This document shows positions 27,127-38,537 of a DNA stretch of 64,000 nucleotides, in pieces. Within the stretch, counting starts at the first letter, position 1; every line of letters starts with the position of its first letter. The position numbers and the translations under genes were made by a program. The notes below the pieces were generated by a model. That model made no database searches. It saw only the letters and a program-made list of their open reading frames with translations, and was not told the DNA's origin. The DNA comes from Gemmatimonadota bacterium (GTDB lineage Bacteria; Gemmatimonadota; Gemmatimonadetes; Gemmatimonadales; GWC2-71-9): positions 16,972-80,971 of the forward strand of contig JANLPG010000030.1 in the NCBI GenBank assembly GCA_031367105.1. Direction: 5' to 3'.

Positions 27127-27808
27127 GCGTGCGCTCCCAGACTGCCTGTGCTTCCGCCGGTCGTCCATACACCGGCTCCCACGACGCCGGATCGGCGATC
27201 ACTGCGGTGGCGCCGTCGAGTTCACCGAGCGCCAACAGCGTCCGGGCGTCGGGAAGTGCTTCCTCGTCGGAGCGCAGCGGCCGGCCTGTGGCCGTCTCGA
27301 CGGCCCCTCGGAGCGGTTCAGGCACCGACCCAACGACGACATCCACTTGCCCGAACAACCTCGCCAGCTCACTCGGAGCAACCGCGCGCGGCGAGGGGCC
27401 AACCGGCACCACACCATCGGCGCCGATGCGCCAGCACCCGGCATATAACTCCCCCCGGAGTGCATCGCTGAGTGCGAGCACCGTGCTACCACCCGCGGTC
27501 GTATGCGCGGCGGCGCGGATCAGCAGCGACGGTGCTGTCCGCCAGACCAGTTGGCGGCCCCAGGTCAACGCCTTCGCCACGCTGCACGACACCCGAAGCC
27601 CGGTGAACGATCCGGGACCGTCCCCGGTGAGCAGGAGGGTGACATCGCGTGAGCTGGCACCGAGTTCACCGAGGACCTCGGCGAGCAGGGAGAGAATCGC
27701 GGTCGCGTGGCCGCGTGATCCGTCGAGGTGCCGATGGGCGACATCGGCACCGTCGGTGGCGGCGACGGTACAGCGATCACTCGCACTGTCGAAGGCGAGG
27801 GTGATCAC
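27086..27808 (-). CDS. tsaB: tRNA t6A biosynthesis protein TsaB
   Basis: TLAFDSA, H...IL, GPGSFTGLRV, DALRGELY, EPVY; GTGA overlap with the tsaE stop. Confidence 0.9.
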   Translation of the reverse strand: MITLAFDSASDRCTVAATDGADVAHRHLDGSRGHATAILSLLAEVLGELGASSRDVTLLLTGDGPGSFTGLRVSCSVAKALTWGRQLVWRTAPSLLIRAAAHTTAGGSTVLALSDALRGELYAGCWRIGADGVVPVGPSPRAVAPSELARLFGQVDVVVGSVPEPLRGAVETATGRPLRSDEEALPDARTLLALGELDGATAVIADPASWEPVYGRPAEAQAVWERTHGRPLPPAPGLIR

Positions 27809-28212
27809 GCCTGCACCACCGACCGCAAGTCGTCTGGTGAATAATCCAGACGGACCCGCCGGGTGGCAGGTGGCGCCCAGGCACCGGCACGTTCCGGCCA
27901 CTCGATCAGGAGGAGATCCGCTCCCGCGAGGGTTTCCCAGTCGAGATCGGCTGCCTCCTCCGAGCGCTTGAGCCGATAACAATCGAGATGATAAATTGCG
28001 CCGAGCGGACCCTCATAGTGATGCACCAACGCGTAGGTCGGAGAAGTCGCCTCATCGACCACACCGCGACCGGCCACAATCGCCCGGGCCAGTGTCGTCT
28101 TCCCCGCCCCGAGCGGCCCCTCCAGCCAGATCACACTCCCGGCCGGGCAGTCGCGGCCCAGCCGCTCCCCGAACGCCTCGAGCGCCGGCAGGTCGTAGCG
28201 GATCGTCGTCAC
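27805..28212 (-). CDS. tsaE: tRNA t6A biosynthesis ATPase TsaE
   Basis: [31 protein letters not shown]. Confidence 0.95.
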   Translation of the reverse strand: MTTIRYDLPALEAFGERLGRDCPAGSVIWLEGPLGAGKTTLARAIVAGRGVVDEATSPTYALVHHYEGPLGAIYHLDCYRLKRSEEAADLDWETLAGADLLLIEWPERAGAWAPPATRRVRLDYSPDDLRSVVQA

Positions 28213-30251
28213 CGGCGGAGCGGCCGCAGGGCGCCGCGCTTCACATTGGGGGCACCCACGGCCCGCAACTCGTTGAGCTGGTCACGAAGCATGGCGGCGA
28301 GTTCGAACTCCAGGTTGGCCGCCGCCTGACGCATCTGCAGTTCCAGCGCCGCAATGGCGGCGGCCCGCTGTTGCGGATCGTGCAGATCGACGTGCGCGTT
28401 GGGATCCCTCCCCTTCCGGCGAGGTTCGACCTTCTCACTGCGCTGGTCGGCCACGTGGGTCGAGAGCCGGACTTCATTGAGCGATTTCACGATGGACATC
28501 GGCGTGATGTTGTGCTCGATGTTGTACGCCCGTTGAATCGTGCGGCGGCGATCCATTTCGCCAATCGCACGCTCCATCGACCCGGTGATCCGATCGGCGT
28601 ACAGAATTGCCCGACCATTGATGTGGCGCGCTGCGCGACCACAGGTCTGGATCAACGACCGATCGCTGCGCAGGAAGCCCTCGTGGTCGGCGTCGAGAAT
28701 TGCCACCAGGGAAACCTCAGGCAGGTCGAGTCCCTCGCGCAACAGATTGATGCCGACGAGGACATCGAATTCCCCCAGTCGCAAGCCGCGCAGGATCTCC
28801 ACCCGTTCGATCGCGTCGATGTCGCTGTGGAGATAGCGCACCCGTATCCCGGCCTGTTGCAGGTAGTCGGTCAGATCCTCCGACATCCGCTTCGTCAGTG
28901 TGGTCACCAGCACCCGCTCGCGCTTCGCCTCGCGAAGCCGGATCTCTCCGAGGAGGTCGTCGACCTGCCCCCGCACGGGGCGGATCTGGACCTCGGGGTC
29001 CACCAGCCCGGTGGGCCGGATGATCTGCTCGACCACCACGCCCTCGCTGAGCCGGAGTTCCAGATCGCCCGGCGTCGCAGAGACGTTGACCATTTGCGGC
29101 GACAGTGCCATGAACTCATCGAGATGCAGCGGCCGATTGTCGAGCGCCGACGGCAGCCGAAACCCGTACTCGACCAGGGTGGTCTTGCGGGAGCGATCGC
29201 CGTTGAACATTCCGCCGATCTGCGGAAGTGAGGCGTGCGACTCGTCGATGACGACCAGGAAATCGGCCGGAAAGTAGTCGATCAGACAGGCCGGTCGCTC
29301 GCCCACGACGCGGCCGGACAGATGACGGGAATAGTTCTCGATTCCGGCGCAGGTACCCACCTCCAGCATCATCTCGATGTCGAAGTTGGTCCGTCCTTCG
29401 AGCCGCTGCGCCTCAAGCAGCTTCCCCGCGGTCTTCAACTCCCAGAGCCGGGCGGCGAGTTCCTCGCGGATGGCGGTCACCGCCCGCTCGATGGTGGGCC
29501 GCTGGGTGACGAAGTGCTTGGCCGGATAGATCGCACAGCGCTCAAGCCGGGCAATGGTGTTGCCACTCACCGGGTGGAAGCGCGAGATCCGCTCGACCTG
29601 ATCACCCCAGAGCTCGATCCGGACGCCCTGCTCATCGTAGGCCGGAAAGATCTCGATGGTGTCGCCGCGCACCCGGAAGCTGCCTTGCTCGAAGGCGGCG
29701 TCGTTGCGCTGGTACTGAATGCCGACCAATTCGGCGAGGATCGCGTCGCGGCCACGAGTTTCCCCGACGGCGATGCCGAGCATCAGGGCACGGTAGGCCA
29801 CCGGGTCGCCCAGGCCGTAGATCGCCGACACGGTGGAAACGATGACGACATCATCGCGCTCCATCAGCGACGAAGTCGCCCGAAGTCGGAGCGATTCCAG
29901 ATCCTGGTTGATCGAGGCGTCCTTCTCGATGTAGACGTCGGTCGAGGGGACGTATGCCTCAGGCTGGTAATAGTCGTAGTACGACACGAAATACTCGACG
30001 GCGTTGGCCGGGAGAAACTGTTTCATCTCCCCGTAGAGCTGGGCGGCGAGGGTCTTGTTGTGGGAGAGGATGAGGGTCGGCTTGCCGTAGTTCGCGATGG
30101 CGTGAGCCAGCGTCATCGTCTTGCCGCTGCCGGTGACCCCCAGGAGGGTCTGGTACTTGTCGCCACGCACCAGCCCGGCCGTCAGCTCCGCGATCGCGCG
30201 GGGCTGGTCGCCAGCAGGCTCGAACGGCGCGCGGACTTCAAAACGGGGCAT
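28209..30251 (-). CDS. uvrB: Excinuclease ABC subunit B
   Basis: [58 protein letters not shown]-terminal UVR domain. Confidence 0.98.
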   Translation of the reverse strand: MPRFEVRAPFEPAGDQPRAIAELTAGLVRGDKYQTLLGVTGSGKTMTLAHAIANYGKPTLILSHNKTLAAQLYGEMKQFLPANAVEYFVSYYDYYQPEAYVPSTDVYIEKDASINQDLESLRLRATSSLMERDDVVIVSTVSAIYGLGDPVAYRALMLGIAVGETRGRDAILAELVGIQYQRNDAAFEQGSFRVRGDTIEIFPAYDEQGVRIELWGDQVERISRFHPVSGNTIARLERCAIYPAKHFVTQRPTIERAVTAIREELAARLWELKTAGKLLEAQRLEGRTNFDIEMMLEVGTCAGIENYSRHLSGRVVGERPACLIDYFPADFLVVIDESHASLPQIGGMFNGDRSRKTTLVEYGFRLPSALDNRPLHLDEFMALSPQMVNVSATPGDLELRLSEGVVVEQIIRPTGLVDPEVQIRPVRGQVDDLLGEIRLREAKRERVLVTTLTKRMSEDLTDYLQQAGIRVRYLHSDIDAIERVEILRGLRLGEFDVLVGINLLREGLDLPEVSLVAILDADHEGFLRSDRSLIQTCGRAARHINGRAILYADRITGSMERAIGEMDRRRTIQRAYNIEHNITPMSIVKSLNEVRLSTHVADQRSEKVEPRRKGRDPNAHVDLHDPQQRAAAIAALELQMRQAAANLEFELAAMLRDQLNELRAVGAPNVKRGALRPLRR

Positions 30252-30257
30252 TCGCCC

Positions 30258-30288
30258 AATATAATCGCTGGTTCGGGAAATGTTCGGG
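30258..30288 (-). promoter_or_regulatory. uvrB promoter with direct-repeat operator candidate (GTTC-N7-GTTC)
   Basis: -10 TATATT 6 nt before the ATG; GTTCGGG at 30271 and 30282 (11-bp period) over the spacer/-35 region. Confidence 0.5.
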
Positions 30289-30298
30289 GAGGGGCCAG

Positions 30299-30709
30299 CT
30301 AGGTGACTCCGAGTCTTCGCAGCGCCGAGCGTTGAGAGACACTCACGGGCATACAGGAGAGCCGGCTGATGCGAACCAGGCCGAGCTCGGCGAGCGCGGG
30401 GACTGCCTTGATGGCGGCGAGTGTGACCGGCGTCTTGAGCGGCTTCCCGGCGACGATCTCCACCACCACGCGCCTGGGGTCATTCAGCTTCGGATCGGGG
30501 TACGGTCCCCTGACAATTTTCGCCATTCCCACGATCGCCTTGCCATCACCGGAGTGATAGAGGAGCACTTCGTCGCCGGCCGCCATCCTCCGCAGGTGGA
30601 TCAGTGCAGTCGCATTCGCGACGCCGTCCCAGACGGCGCCACCCTCGCGCACCAGGTCATCCCAGCTGTATGTCGAAGGTTCGGTCTTGAGAATCCACGA
30701 AGCGGGCAT
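30299..30709 (-). CDS. EVE domain-containing protein
   Basis: WILKTEP..YSWDDL, WDGV.N..A...L..M..GD....YHS, RLS.MPV. Confidence 0.93.
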   Translation of the reverse strand: MPASWILKTEPSTYSWDDLVREGGAVWDGVANATALIHLRRMAAGDEVLLYHSGDGKAIVGMAKIVRGPYPDPKLNDPRRVVVEIVAGKPLKTPVTLAAIKAVPALAELGLVRISRLSCMPVSVSQRSALRRLGVT

Positions 30710-30756
30710 CGCCGATGATAACCGGCGGTGCGGGAGTGCGGCAACGCGCAGCGGAG

Positions 30757-32937
30757 TCAGCCGCCTTCCTGGGCCTCGCGCCGCTCGACGCTCGACACAC
30801 CCTTCACCTTGCGGATCGCCTTGAGGACCTTGCCCAGATGCGGGAGGTTGTCGACTTCGACGAGGATGGAGCCGAATGCCGTGCCGTCCTTCGAGTTGAT
30901 CTCGGCGCCGCGGATGTTGGTGCCGGTTTGCGAGATCTGTTGCATGATGTCGGCGTAGAGTCCGCGGCGATCCTCGCCATTGATCAGCAGACGCACGGCA
31001 TAGGTCTCACCGGTCTGTTCCTGCCAATCGATCTCCACGCGGCGCCCCTGGTCGCCCAGCGTGAGTAGGTTGGGACAATCGGCGCGGTGAATCGAGATGC
31101 CGCGACCCTGCGTGACGAAGCCGACGACGGTATCGCCGGGGACCGGTTGACAGCACTGGGCGTAGCGAATCATCAGGCCATCGACGCCCTGAATCCGGAT
31201 TCCCCGACCGAGCCGGATCCGATCGATGACGCGTCCGAATACGGTGGGCGGCTTCTCCTGCAGCGCATCGGGTGAGAGTTCCGGGAAGAGCGCCTTCATC
31301 ACCTGGCCGATGGCGAGGTCGCCACGGCCCAGCGAGATCTCCAGGGCATCGCCGTCCAGCAGGTTGAGCGCGATGGCGGCGGACTGCATCGCGTCGGGCG
31401 CGGCTGCGTCGAGCCGGCGGCGCTTGAGCTCTCGGGTGAGGATCTCGCGACCGAGCTGGAGGGACACCGTCTCCTCCTCCTGCCGGATCCACTGCTTGAT
31501 TTTTGCCCGTGCGCGTCCGGTCCGTACGTGGCTGAGCCAGTCGCGGCTCGGCTTGGCGTGCTGGGAGGTCAGGATCTCCACCGTGTCGCCGTTCTTGAGC
31601 TCGCGGTGCAACGGCGCGATGCGGCCGTTGACCTTGGCCCCCGATGTGTGCAGTCCGACGTCGGTGTGCACGTGGAAGGCGAAGTCGATCGCGGTGGCGC
31701 CCTTGGGCAGCTGCTTCACGTCACCTTGTGGCGTGAAGATGAAGATCTCGTCGTGATAGAGGTCGACCTTGAGGAATTCCAGGAAGTCCTCGGGCGAAGC
31801 GCTCTCCTGCTGCAATTCCAGTAGCTGCCGGAACCAGCCGAGCTGGCGACCGACATCGTCCTCGCCTTCTTCGACGGTCTTGTAGAGCCAGTGCGCAGCG
31901 ATGCCGTATTCGGCGGTGCGGTGCATCTCCTGAGTGCGGATCTGGATCTCGAACAGCTGACCGCCCGGCCCGAAGATGGTGGTGTGCAGCGACTGGTAAC
32001 CGTTGGACTTCGGTGAAGCGATGTAGTCCTTGATCCGCTCCTGCACCGGCGTCCAGACGTGATGAATGACGCCGAGGACGTGGTAGCACTCGGGGACCGT
32101 TCGGACGATGACGCGCATCGCCATCAAGTCGTAGATTTCGTCGAACGGCTTGTTCCGCTTCCGCATCTTCTGGTAAATCGACCAGAGGTGCTTTGGTCGG
32201 CCGCTCACGTCATACCATTCGATCCCGGCACGCTTGAGTTCCTGTTCCAGCGGGCCTCGCATTCGCTCGATCATTTGCTCGCGGGAAGCGCGCTTCGCCG
32301 CGACCTGCTGCGCCAGCGCCTGATACTCCTCGCCTTCGAGAAACTTGAAGGCGAGATCTTCCAACTCGGCCTTGACGTTCGCCATGCCGAAACGGTGCGC
32401 CAGTGGGGCGTAGATCTCGCGTGTTTCGGTGGCAATCCGCTGGCGGCGCTCAGGCGTGAGATGCTCAAGTGTCCGCATATTGTGGAGGCGGTCGGCGAGC
32501 TTGATAATGATGACGCGCGCGTCCTTGGCCACCGAGAGCAGCAGTTTGCGGTAGTTCTCCGACTGCTCTTCCACTGACGAGCGGAAGGAGAGGTGGGAGA
32601 TCTTGGTGAGCCCGTCGACCAGGCCGGCGACCTCGCTGCCGAATTCCTGGGCGATATCATCGGCGGTCAGGTCGGAGTCCTCCACCACATCGTGCAATAG
32701 CGCTGCGCAGATCGACGTGGTATCCACCAGGAAGCCGGCGAGGATCGAGGCGACGGCGATGGAATGCTCCACGAAGTCTTCGCCGCTCATCCGTTTCTGG
32801 CCGCGATGGGCGGTGGCCGAATAGCGCAAGGCACGATCGATCTGGGCAATGTCGAGTCGCTCCGCGTGCTTCTCCAACACCAGGAAGAAGGCGGGCGAAA
32901 GATCGGTGAGCGTACTCGGCACGGCACCCGTGGTCAC
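30757..32937 (-). CDS. rel: Bifunctional (p)ppGpp synthetase/hydrolase, long RSH
   Basis: Intact HD (LLHDVVED), IKLADRLHNMRTL, GRPKH..SIY.KM, PKSNGYQSLHT, EIQIRT, TGS, CC and ACT domains. Confidence 0.97.
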   Translation of the reverse strand: MTTGAVPSTLTDLSPAFFLVLEKHAERLDIAQIDRALRYSATAHRGQKRMSGEDFVEHSIAVASILAGFLVDTTSICAALLHDVVEDSDLTADDIAQEFGSEVAGLVDGLTKISHLSFRSSVEEQSENYRKLLLSVAKDARVIIIKLADRLHNMRTLEHLTPERRQRIATETREIYAPLAHRFGMANVKAELEDLAFKFLEGEEYQALAQQVAAKRASREQMIERMRGPLEQELKRAGIEWYDVSGRPKHLWSIYQKMRKRNKPFDEIYDLMAMRVIVRTVPECYHVLGVIHHVWTPVQERIKDYIASPKSNGYQSLHTTIFGPGGQLFEIQIRTQEMHRTAEYGIAAHWLYKTVEEGEDDVGRQLGWFRQLLELQQESASPEDFLEFLKVDLYHDEIFIFTPQGDVKQLPKGATAIDFAFHVHTDVGLHTSGAKVNGRIAPLHRELKNGDTVEILTSQHAKPSRDWLSHVRTGRARAKIKQWIRQEEETVSLQLGREILTRELKRRRLDAAAPDAMQSAAIALNLLDGDALEISLGRGDLAIGQVMKALFPELSPDALQEKPPTVFGRVIDRIRLGRGIRIQGVDGLMIRYAQCCQPVPGDTVVGFVTQGRGISIHRADCPNLLTLGDQGRRVEIDWQEQTGETYAVRLLINGEDRRGLYADIMQQISQTGTNIRGAEINSKDGTAFGSILVEVDNLPHLGKVLKAIRKVKGVSSVERREAQEGG

Positions 32938-33605
32938 AGCAGCCCCGCAGTGGCGAAAGAAATGAATCGGTCGCCGGCGACGATCACGTGATCGTACACT
33001 GGCACGTCGAGCAGTTGTCCTGCGGCCACCAGCTGTCGGGTGACCGCGCGATCCTCGGCCGACGGAGTGGGATCCCCGCTCGGGTGGTTGTGCACCAGGA
33101 TGATCCCGGCGGCGGCCTCGACGATCGCGGCCCGGAACACCTCCCGGGGGTGCACCAGCGAACTGTCCAGCAAGCCCCGGGTCACCAGGACATCCCGCAG
33201 CACCCGGGAGCGGGTGTCGAGCGCGAGGAGATGAAATTCCTCCACTTCGAGGTCCCGGAGCCGTGGTCCCACCAGTCGGGCGACGTCGGCCGGCTCGACA
33301 ATCCGCTCCAGTGCAGGCCGCCCCTCTTGTGCCAGCCGAACCCCCAACTCGAAGGCGGCGACGAGACGGGCGGCCTTGGCGGGCCCCACCCCCGCGGTCC
33401 GTTGCAGCTCAGCCGGGGGGCGGGCTGCGAGGCGACGAAGGGCGCCGTGGGCGGGTGCGAGCAGTCGCGCCGCCACCGCCAAGGCATCCTCTCGAGTATC
33501 GCCGGTCCCTAGCAGGATGGCGAGAAGTTCCTGCGGCGTCAACGAGGAGGCCCCCAGTCGCCAGAGGCGCTCGCGGGGGCGGTCGGTGGCTGGATCGGCT
33601 TTCAC
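32934..33605 (-). CDS. radC: RadC family JAB-domain protein
   Basis: DRPRERL, ELLAILLGTG, GVGPAKA, VHPREVF, HNHPSGDPTPS.ED, DHVI; probable GTG start at 33605. Confidence 0.93.
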   Translation of the reverse strand: MKADPATDRPRERLWRLGASSLTPQELLAILLGTGDTREDALAVAARLLAPAHGALRRLAARPPAELQRTAGVGPAKAARLVAAFELGVRLAQEGRPALERIVEPADVARLVGPRLRDLEVEEFHLLALDTRSRVLRDVLVTRGLLDSSLVHPREVFRAAIVEAAAGIILVHNHPSGDPTPSAEDRAVTRQLVAAGQLLDVPVYDHVIVAGDRFISFATAGLL

Positions 33606-33729
33606 GGCCGGGAGTATCGCCGAGCACGCTGGTGATGGGGGGCGCCATTGGGGATGGCTTCGGCGCCGATTTACGCGGCACCGCGCACGCGGTTTTCGGC
33701 TCCAAGTCCCCGTCCGTGCCCGACAGAAC

Positions 33730-33761
33730 AGGGGCGCGAGATCGCCCGATCTCGCGCCCCT
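33730..33761 (-). terminator. Putative secA terminator
   Basis: AGGGGCGCGAGATCG-N2-CGATCTCGCGCCCCT perfect 15-bp stem, followed on the minus strand by GTTCTGT. Confidence 0.7.
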
Positions 33762-33795
33762 CCGCTCTTGCCGATAGCCGCCAGCGGTTCCGCCG

Positions 33796-36700
33796 CTACG
33801 CCCCCGCCCCGTGGCATTTCTTGTACTTCTTCCCCGATCCGCACGGGCAGGGATCGTTCCGGCCGACTTCGGCCCCGACCGGCGTCGCCGCGCCGAGCGC
33901 ACCGAGGCCGGTCGAGATCCGCGGCACAGTGGCCACCGGTGCCCGACTCACCGCACCCGAGAAGAGATCGTCCGCCGAGGGTTCGTGTGGCCCGGTTTCG
34001 ATCGTCGCTGGCGGCGGCGGTGGCGGCGGCGGCCCGTCGGCGCTGACCTGAATCTTGAGATACCGCTCCGCAAAGGTCGACTGGATGTCGTGCAGGAGAT
34101 CCTCGAACATCTCGAAGGCCTCCTTCTTGTACTCGACGAGTGGATCACGCTGGCCATAGGCCCGGTACTGGATCGCATTCCGCAGCTGATCGAGATCGTA
34201 GAGATGGTCCTTCCACTTCTCGTCCAGCACGGCCTGCATCACCTGCGACAACACCTGCAGGTCGACATCGGGAATCCCGATCTGTGCCCCGAACTGTTGC
34301 AGGTAGCTGACCTTGCGCTCAAAGGCCGCCTCACCTTCGACCCGGGCCGCCTCGGCGATGGCATCCAGGGAGGGCGTGGCCTCGGCATCCAGCACTGCGT
34401 CGGGACCTACCAGGAACTGCATCATCAGCGCGGCATGCAGCCCGGTCCGATCATAGTTCTCGGGCCGGTCGACCCCCGCGACGTAGCTCCGCGCGTTCCG
34501 GTTGACCGCTGCGCGAATCATCTTGATCGCTTCGGCCTTGAGTTCCTCGCCCCGCTCCAGCGCGAACAACCGCGTCGAGTAGATCACCTCGCGCTGCTGG
34601 TTCATCACGTCGTCGTATTCCAGCAGCCGCTTGCGGGTCTGGAAGTTCTGCAACTCCACGCGCTTCTGGGCCGACTCGATCGCTGCGGTGATCAGTTTGC
34701 CGGTGATCACTTCGCCCTCTTCGGCGCCGCCCTTGTCCATCATCCGGGCGATGCGGTCGGAGCCGAAGAGGCGCATCAGGTCATCTTCGAGCGACAGGAA
34801 GAAGAGGGACACACCCGGGTCGCCCTGGCGACCCGAACGCCCGCGCAGCTGTCGGTCGATTCGCCGCGACTCGTGGCGCTCCGTCCCGATGATGTGCAAC
34901 CCCGCTTCGGCAATCGCGAGGTCCAGCGTCGGATCAAGTTTGATGTCGGTACCGCGGCCGGCCATGTTGGTTGCAATCGTGATCGCGCCTCGCTCACCCG
35001 CCTTGGCGACAATCTCGGCCTCACGCTGGTGATACTTCGCGTTGAGGACCTCGTGCGTCAACCCGCGCCGCTTGAGCTGGCGCGACAACGTCTCCGAGAC
35101 ATCGACCGTGGTCGTGCCGATCAGGACCGGCCACCCCAGCTTGTGAATCCGCTCGACTTCGTCGGCCACGGCGTTGTACTTCTCACGGCGCGTCTTGTAG
35201 ATCTGGTCGACGTGGTCGGTCCGCCGAATCGGCTTGTTCGTCGGGATCACCGCCACTTCAAGGCCATAGATCGAGTAGAACTCGGTCTCTTCGGTCTCGG
35301 CGGTGCCGGTCATACCGCACAGCTTCTCGTACATCCGGAAGTAATTCTGGATGGTGATGGTCGCGAGCGTCTGCGTCTCGCCCTTGACGGTGACCCCTTC
35401 CTTCGCCTCAACGGCCTGGTGCAGCCCATCCGACCACCGGCGACCCACCATGATGCGCCCAGTGAACTCATCCACGATGAGGACCTGGCCTTCCTGCACG
35501 ATATAATCGACCTCGCGCTCATAGAGGGCGTGAGCCTGGAGCAGCTTGTGGATGATGTGCAACTGCTCACTCTTGGCGGCGTAGTCACCCTCGATCTGCC
35601 GGCGCCGCTCGGCCTTCTGCTCGATATCGAGCTCGGCGTCGTGTTCGACTGCGTGAATCTCCTGCGAAATATCCGGCACCAGGAAGAGCTGTGGGTCGTG
35701 GGGCGAGAGCGCCTCAGCGCCTCGATCCGTCAGGTGGACCGAATGTCCCTTCTCGTCGAGCACGAAGAAAAGCGAGTCTTCGATCGAGCGCATCTGCTGC
35801 TGCTTGGTCGGGAGCTTCCGGTCGGCGATGTAGTCTAGTTCCGTGCGCTGCAGCAGCTGCTTGACGCCGGTCTCGTTGAGGAGTTTTTGCAGCTTCTTGT
35901 TCTTCGGTGCGCCGAGCTGGGCCTGGTAGAGCTTCATCCCGGCCTCGGTGCGGCTCTTGTCGTCGGCCAGCAGCTTCTCGCCTTCGGCCACCAGCCCGCT
36001 CGCCACTTCGTTCTGGCGGCGAACCAGGTCGGCGATTTTCGGGTTGTACCCGCGATAGTGCGTGCTGTCTTCATCACCCACCGGACCGGAAATGATCAGC
36101 GGCGTCCGTGCCTCGTCGATCAGGATCGAATCGACTTCGTCGATGATGGCATAGATGTGCTCCCGCTGCACCCGCTGATCGAGCGAGTACACCATATTGT
36201 CACGCAGGTAGTCGAAGCCGAATTCGTTGTTGGTACCGTAGGTGATGTCGGCGCCATACGCAGCCCGACGCTCCGGCGACGACGGCTCGGTATCGTCGAG
36301 GCAGGCGACCGTGAGGCCGAGGTAATTGAAGAGATGCCCCATCCACTGTGAGTCGCGGCGGGCGAGGTAGTTGTTCACGGTGACCAGCTGGGCGCCCCGT
36401 CCGGGGAGGGCGTTCAGGTAGAGCGGCAGCGTCGCGACCAGGGTCTTTCCTTCGCCAGTCGCCATCTCGGCGATGCGCCCACGATGCAGACTGATCCCAC
36501 CGATCAGCTGGACATCGTAGGGTACCATATTCCAGATGATCGGTTGCCCGGTCACCATCACCGTGGTCCCGACCAGTCGACGACAGGCCTCACGCACCGT
36601 GGCAAAGGCTTCGGGGAGGAGTGCATCGAGCGTACTGGCGACGCCGTTGCGGAACGCTTCCTCGGCGACCTGCAGCTGCTGGTCGATCCCGTCGCGCTCC

Positions 36701-36936
36701 GTGGGGTCCGCGCAGTCGTGCTTCAAGCTGCGCAACCGCTCGACCTCGGCCTTGAGCGTTCCGGTCTGCTCTTCGATGCGCGCGCGAAAGCGGGCGGTCT
36801 GCCCCTGCAGGGCCGCATCATCGAGGGTGCTGACGTCTGTCTCCGACCGACGAATCTCTGCAAGCAGCGGCTCGAGCCGCTTGACTTCGCGTGCCTGCCG
36901 GGAACCGAATACCGACTCAACCAACCGCTTGATCAT
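33796..36936 (-). CDS. secA: Preprotein translocase subunit SecA
   Basis: [91 protein letters not shown]. Confidence 0.99.
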   Translation of the reverse strand: MIKRLVESVFGSRQAREVKRLEPLLAEIRRSETDVSTLDDAALQGQTARFRARIEEQTGTLKAEVERLRSLKHDCADPTERDGIDQQLQVAEEAFRNGVASTLDALLPEAFATVREACRRLVGTTVMVTGQPIIWNMVPYDVQLIGGISLHRGRIAEMATGEGKTLVATLPLYLNALPGRGAQLVTVNNYLARRDSQWMGHLFNYLGLTVACLDDTEPSSPERRAAYGADITYGTNNEFGFDYLRDNMVYSLDQRVQREHIYAIIDEVDSILIDEARTPLIISGPVGDEDSTHYRGYNPKIADLVRRQNEVASGLVAEGEKLLADDKSRTEAGMKLYQAQLGAPKNKKLQKLLNETGVKQLLQRTELDYIADRKLPTKQQQMRSIEDSLFFVLDEKGHSVHLTDRGAEALSPHDPQLFLVPDISQEIHAVEHDAELDIEQKAERRRQIEGDYAAKSEQLHIIHKLLQAHALYEREVDYIVQEGQVLIVDEFTGRIMVGRRWSDGLHQAVEAKEGVTVKGETQTLATITIQNYFRMYEKLCGMTGTAETEETEFYSIYGLEVAVIPTNKPIRRTDHVDQIYKTRREKYNAVADEVERIHKLGWPVLIGTTTVDVSETLSRQLKRRGLTHEVLNAKYHQREAEIVAKAGERGAITIATNMAGRGTDIKLDPTLDLAIAEAGLHIIGTERHESRRIDRQLRGRSGRQGDPGVSLFFLSLEDDLMRLFGSDRIARMMDKGGAEEGEVITGKLITAAIESAQKRVELQNFQTRKRLLEYDDVMNQQREVIYSTRLFALERGEELKAEAIKMIRAAVNRNARSYVAGVDRPENYDRTGLHAALMMQFLVGPDAVLDAEATPSLDAIAEAARVEGEAAFERKVSYLQQFGAQIGIPDVDLQVLSQVMQAVLDEKWKDHLYDLDQLRNAIQYRAYGQRDPLVEYKKEAFEMFEDLLHDIQSTFAERYLKIQVSADGPPPPPPPPATIETGPHEPSADDLFSGAVSRAPVATVPRISTGLGALGAATPVGAEVGRNDPCPCGSGKKYKKCHGAGA

Positions 36937-37505
36937 CCCGCTTCGCTCCGATAAAGCTGTAACCCTGAAATATAGTCGGCCACCCGTTCTGGAACCCATC
37001 CGACCAGCGACCGACCCGCCACCACCCTTGCCCGAACTGTGGTCGACGAGAGCTCAATCAGGGGCATCCGGACGACTGAATCGAATCCCGTCGGAGGAGC
37101 TTCTGCTCCGCGCGCGCATACTGCCACCCTTGCCAGTGCACGGATTGTGTCGGGCTCACGCCAGGCGCCGAAGCCACGCGCGGCATCGGCGCCCAGGATC
37201 AGGACAAGTTCCGCGCCAGCATTCTCTGCCAGAATTTCGCGAATCGTGTCGATGGTGTAGGAAGGGCCGGGTCGCGCGATCTCGCGACGGTCCACCACGA
37301 ACCCGGGAATGGATGCTATCGCGAGTTCGACCATCCGGGCCCGAACTTCCGCGGGTGCGAGATGCCGGCCGACCTTGAAGGGCTGCTCGCCCGCCACCAC
37401 GAAGCAGACCTGGTCGAGATGCAGCTGCTCGCGGGCAAGCTGCGCCAGGATCAGGTGCGCGTGATGGATGGGATCGAAGGAGCCGCCGAGGAGGCCGATC
37501 CGCAC
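36933..37505 (-). CDS. nadD: Nicotinate-nucleotide adenylyltransferase
   Basis: [33 protein letters not shown]; GTG start at 37505. Confidence 0.93.
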   Translation of the reverse strand: MRIGLLGGSFDPIHHAHLILAQLAREQLHLDQVCFVVAGEQPFKVGRHLAPAEVRARMVELAIASIPGFVVDRREIARPGPSYTIDTIREILAENAGAELVLILGADAARGFGAWREPDTIRALARVAVCARGAEAPPTGFDSVVRMPLIELSSTTVRARVVAGRSLVGWVPERVADYISGLQLYRSEAG

Positions 37506-37507
37506 GG

Positions 37508-38317
37508 CTACTTCCCGACGGACTTCTCCGCCGGCGTCCCCGCAGGGGCCGTCGCCGGACAATTTGTATCGATGTTGGGCGCCGTGGGGAAACGCTTGCG
37601 GAGGATCGTGCAGTACTCGCGGACATCCTCGGCGTAGCCAAGGCTGTGATAGGTCTGGATCAGGCGCGTCAGCGCCACGGGGGCAATCGTCGCACGCGGC
37701 CAGGTCGCGAGCATATCCTTGAGATAGAGGATCGCCGAGTCGTAGGCCTTGAACTTCAGATAGAAGAGCGCCGCCTGGTACGACTTGAGGGCGAAGCGAT
37801 CCTCCAGCGCGGTGATCTTGTCGGCCGCGCGCTTCGCGGCCGCCGACGCCGGATAGCGGGCGATCAGCTCCTGATAGGTCGCCACGGCAGTCTGGCCGTA
37901 GGTCGGATCGAGCTCCGCCCGGCGCCACAAGGTCGCGTAGCTGTCGCCCGCGCGCAGCAGCGCTTCGGGTGCCATCGAATCGGCCGGAAACTCGTCCGAC
38001 ACACGCCGGAACTCGCGCACTGCCTGCAGATTGCTGTGCTCGCCGACACGCGTCTCCGCGAGATAAAAGCGCGAGAGAATCACCCGCCGGTCACCGCCCG
38101 GCAACTCCAGCTGCATCCGCTCCAGCGCGACGGCAGCTTTCGACCACTTCTTCCGGGTGTAGAGATCCAGGGCCTTGGCCCACATCGAGTCAAGCGCCGC
38201 CGGTGTGGCGGTCAGGCGACTGGGGAGTGGGGCGGCTGCGGTGGACGGCTTCCCCTTCCCGCACGCGGGGGCGAGGACGACGATCAGCGGCAACAGGAGC
38301 ATCTGCAGACGACGCAT
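37508..38317 (-). CDS. bamD: Outer membrane protein assembly factor BamD
   Basis: LAPAC lipobox, TPRs, ELDPTY..TA...YQ.L..RYP, ALFYLK..AY.SA..Y. Confidence 0.88.
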   Translation of the reverse strand: MRRLQMLLLPLIVVLAPACGKGKPSTAAAPLPSRLTATPAALDSMWAKALDLYTRKKWSKAAVALERMQLELPGGDRRVILSRFYLAETRVGEHSNLQAVREFRRVSDEFPADSMAPEALLRAGDSYATLWRRAELDPTYGQTAVATYQELIARYPASAAAKRAADKITALEDRFALKSYQAALFYLKFKAYDSAILYLKDMLATWPRATIAPVALTRLIQTYHSLGYAEDVREYCTILRKRFPTAPNIDTNCPATAPAGTPAEKSVGK

Positions 38318-38537
38318 CAAGGGCGATCCGGGACGGCAACAGGGTGATTGGTCGAGTCCGTTGACGCCGCGCACGCGGAGTCGTCGGAGCGCGAGGATCG
38401 TAATCGAATCGGGCGCTGCGCGCGCGGAGCGCACCCCCAGGCACGCCAAAGTGGCAGAAAAGGGGTCACCCTGTCCGGATCGGCCCCCCGGGAGCTGAGC
38501 TGCGCGCAGAGCGCCTTGATAGCAACCGGCCACACCC

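Noticed and set aside
32934-33605. radC as a sign of a mobile element
   Set aside because: Full-length chromosomal type overlapping rel; no integrase, transposase, att repeats or composition shift nearby
34009-34032. GGC trinucleotide run as a phase-variable repeat
   Set aside because: Imperfect, in-frame polyproline codons within the SecA linker
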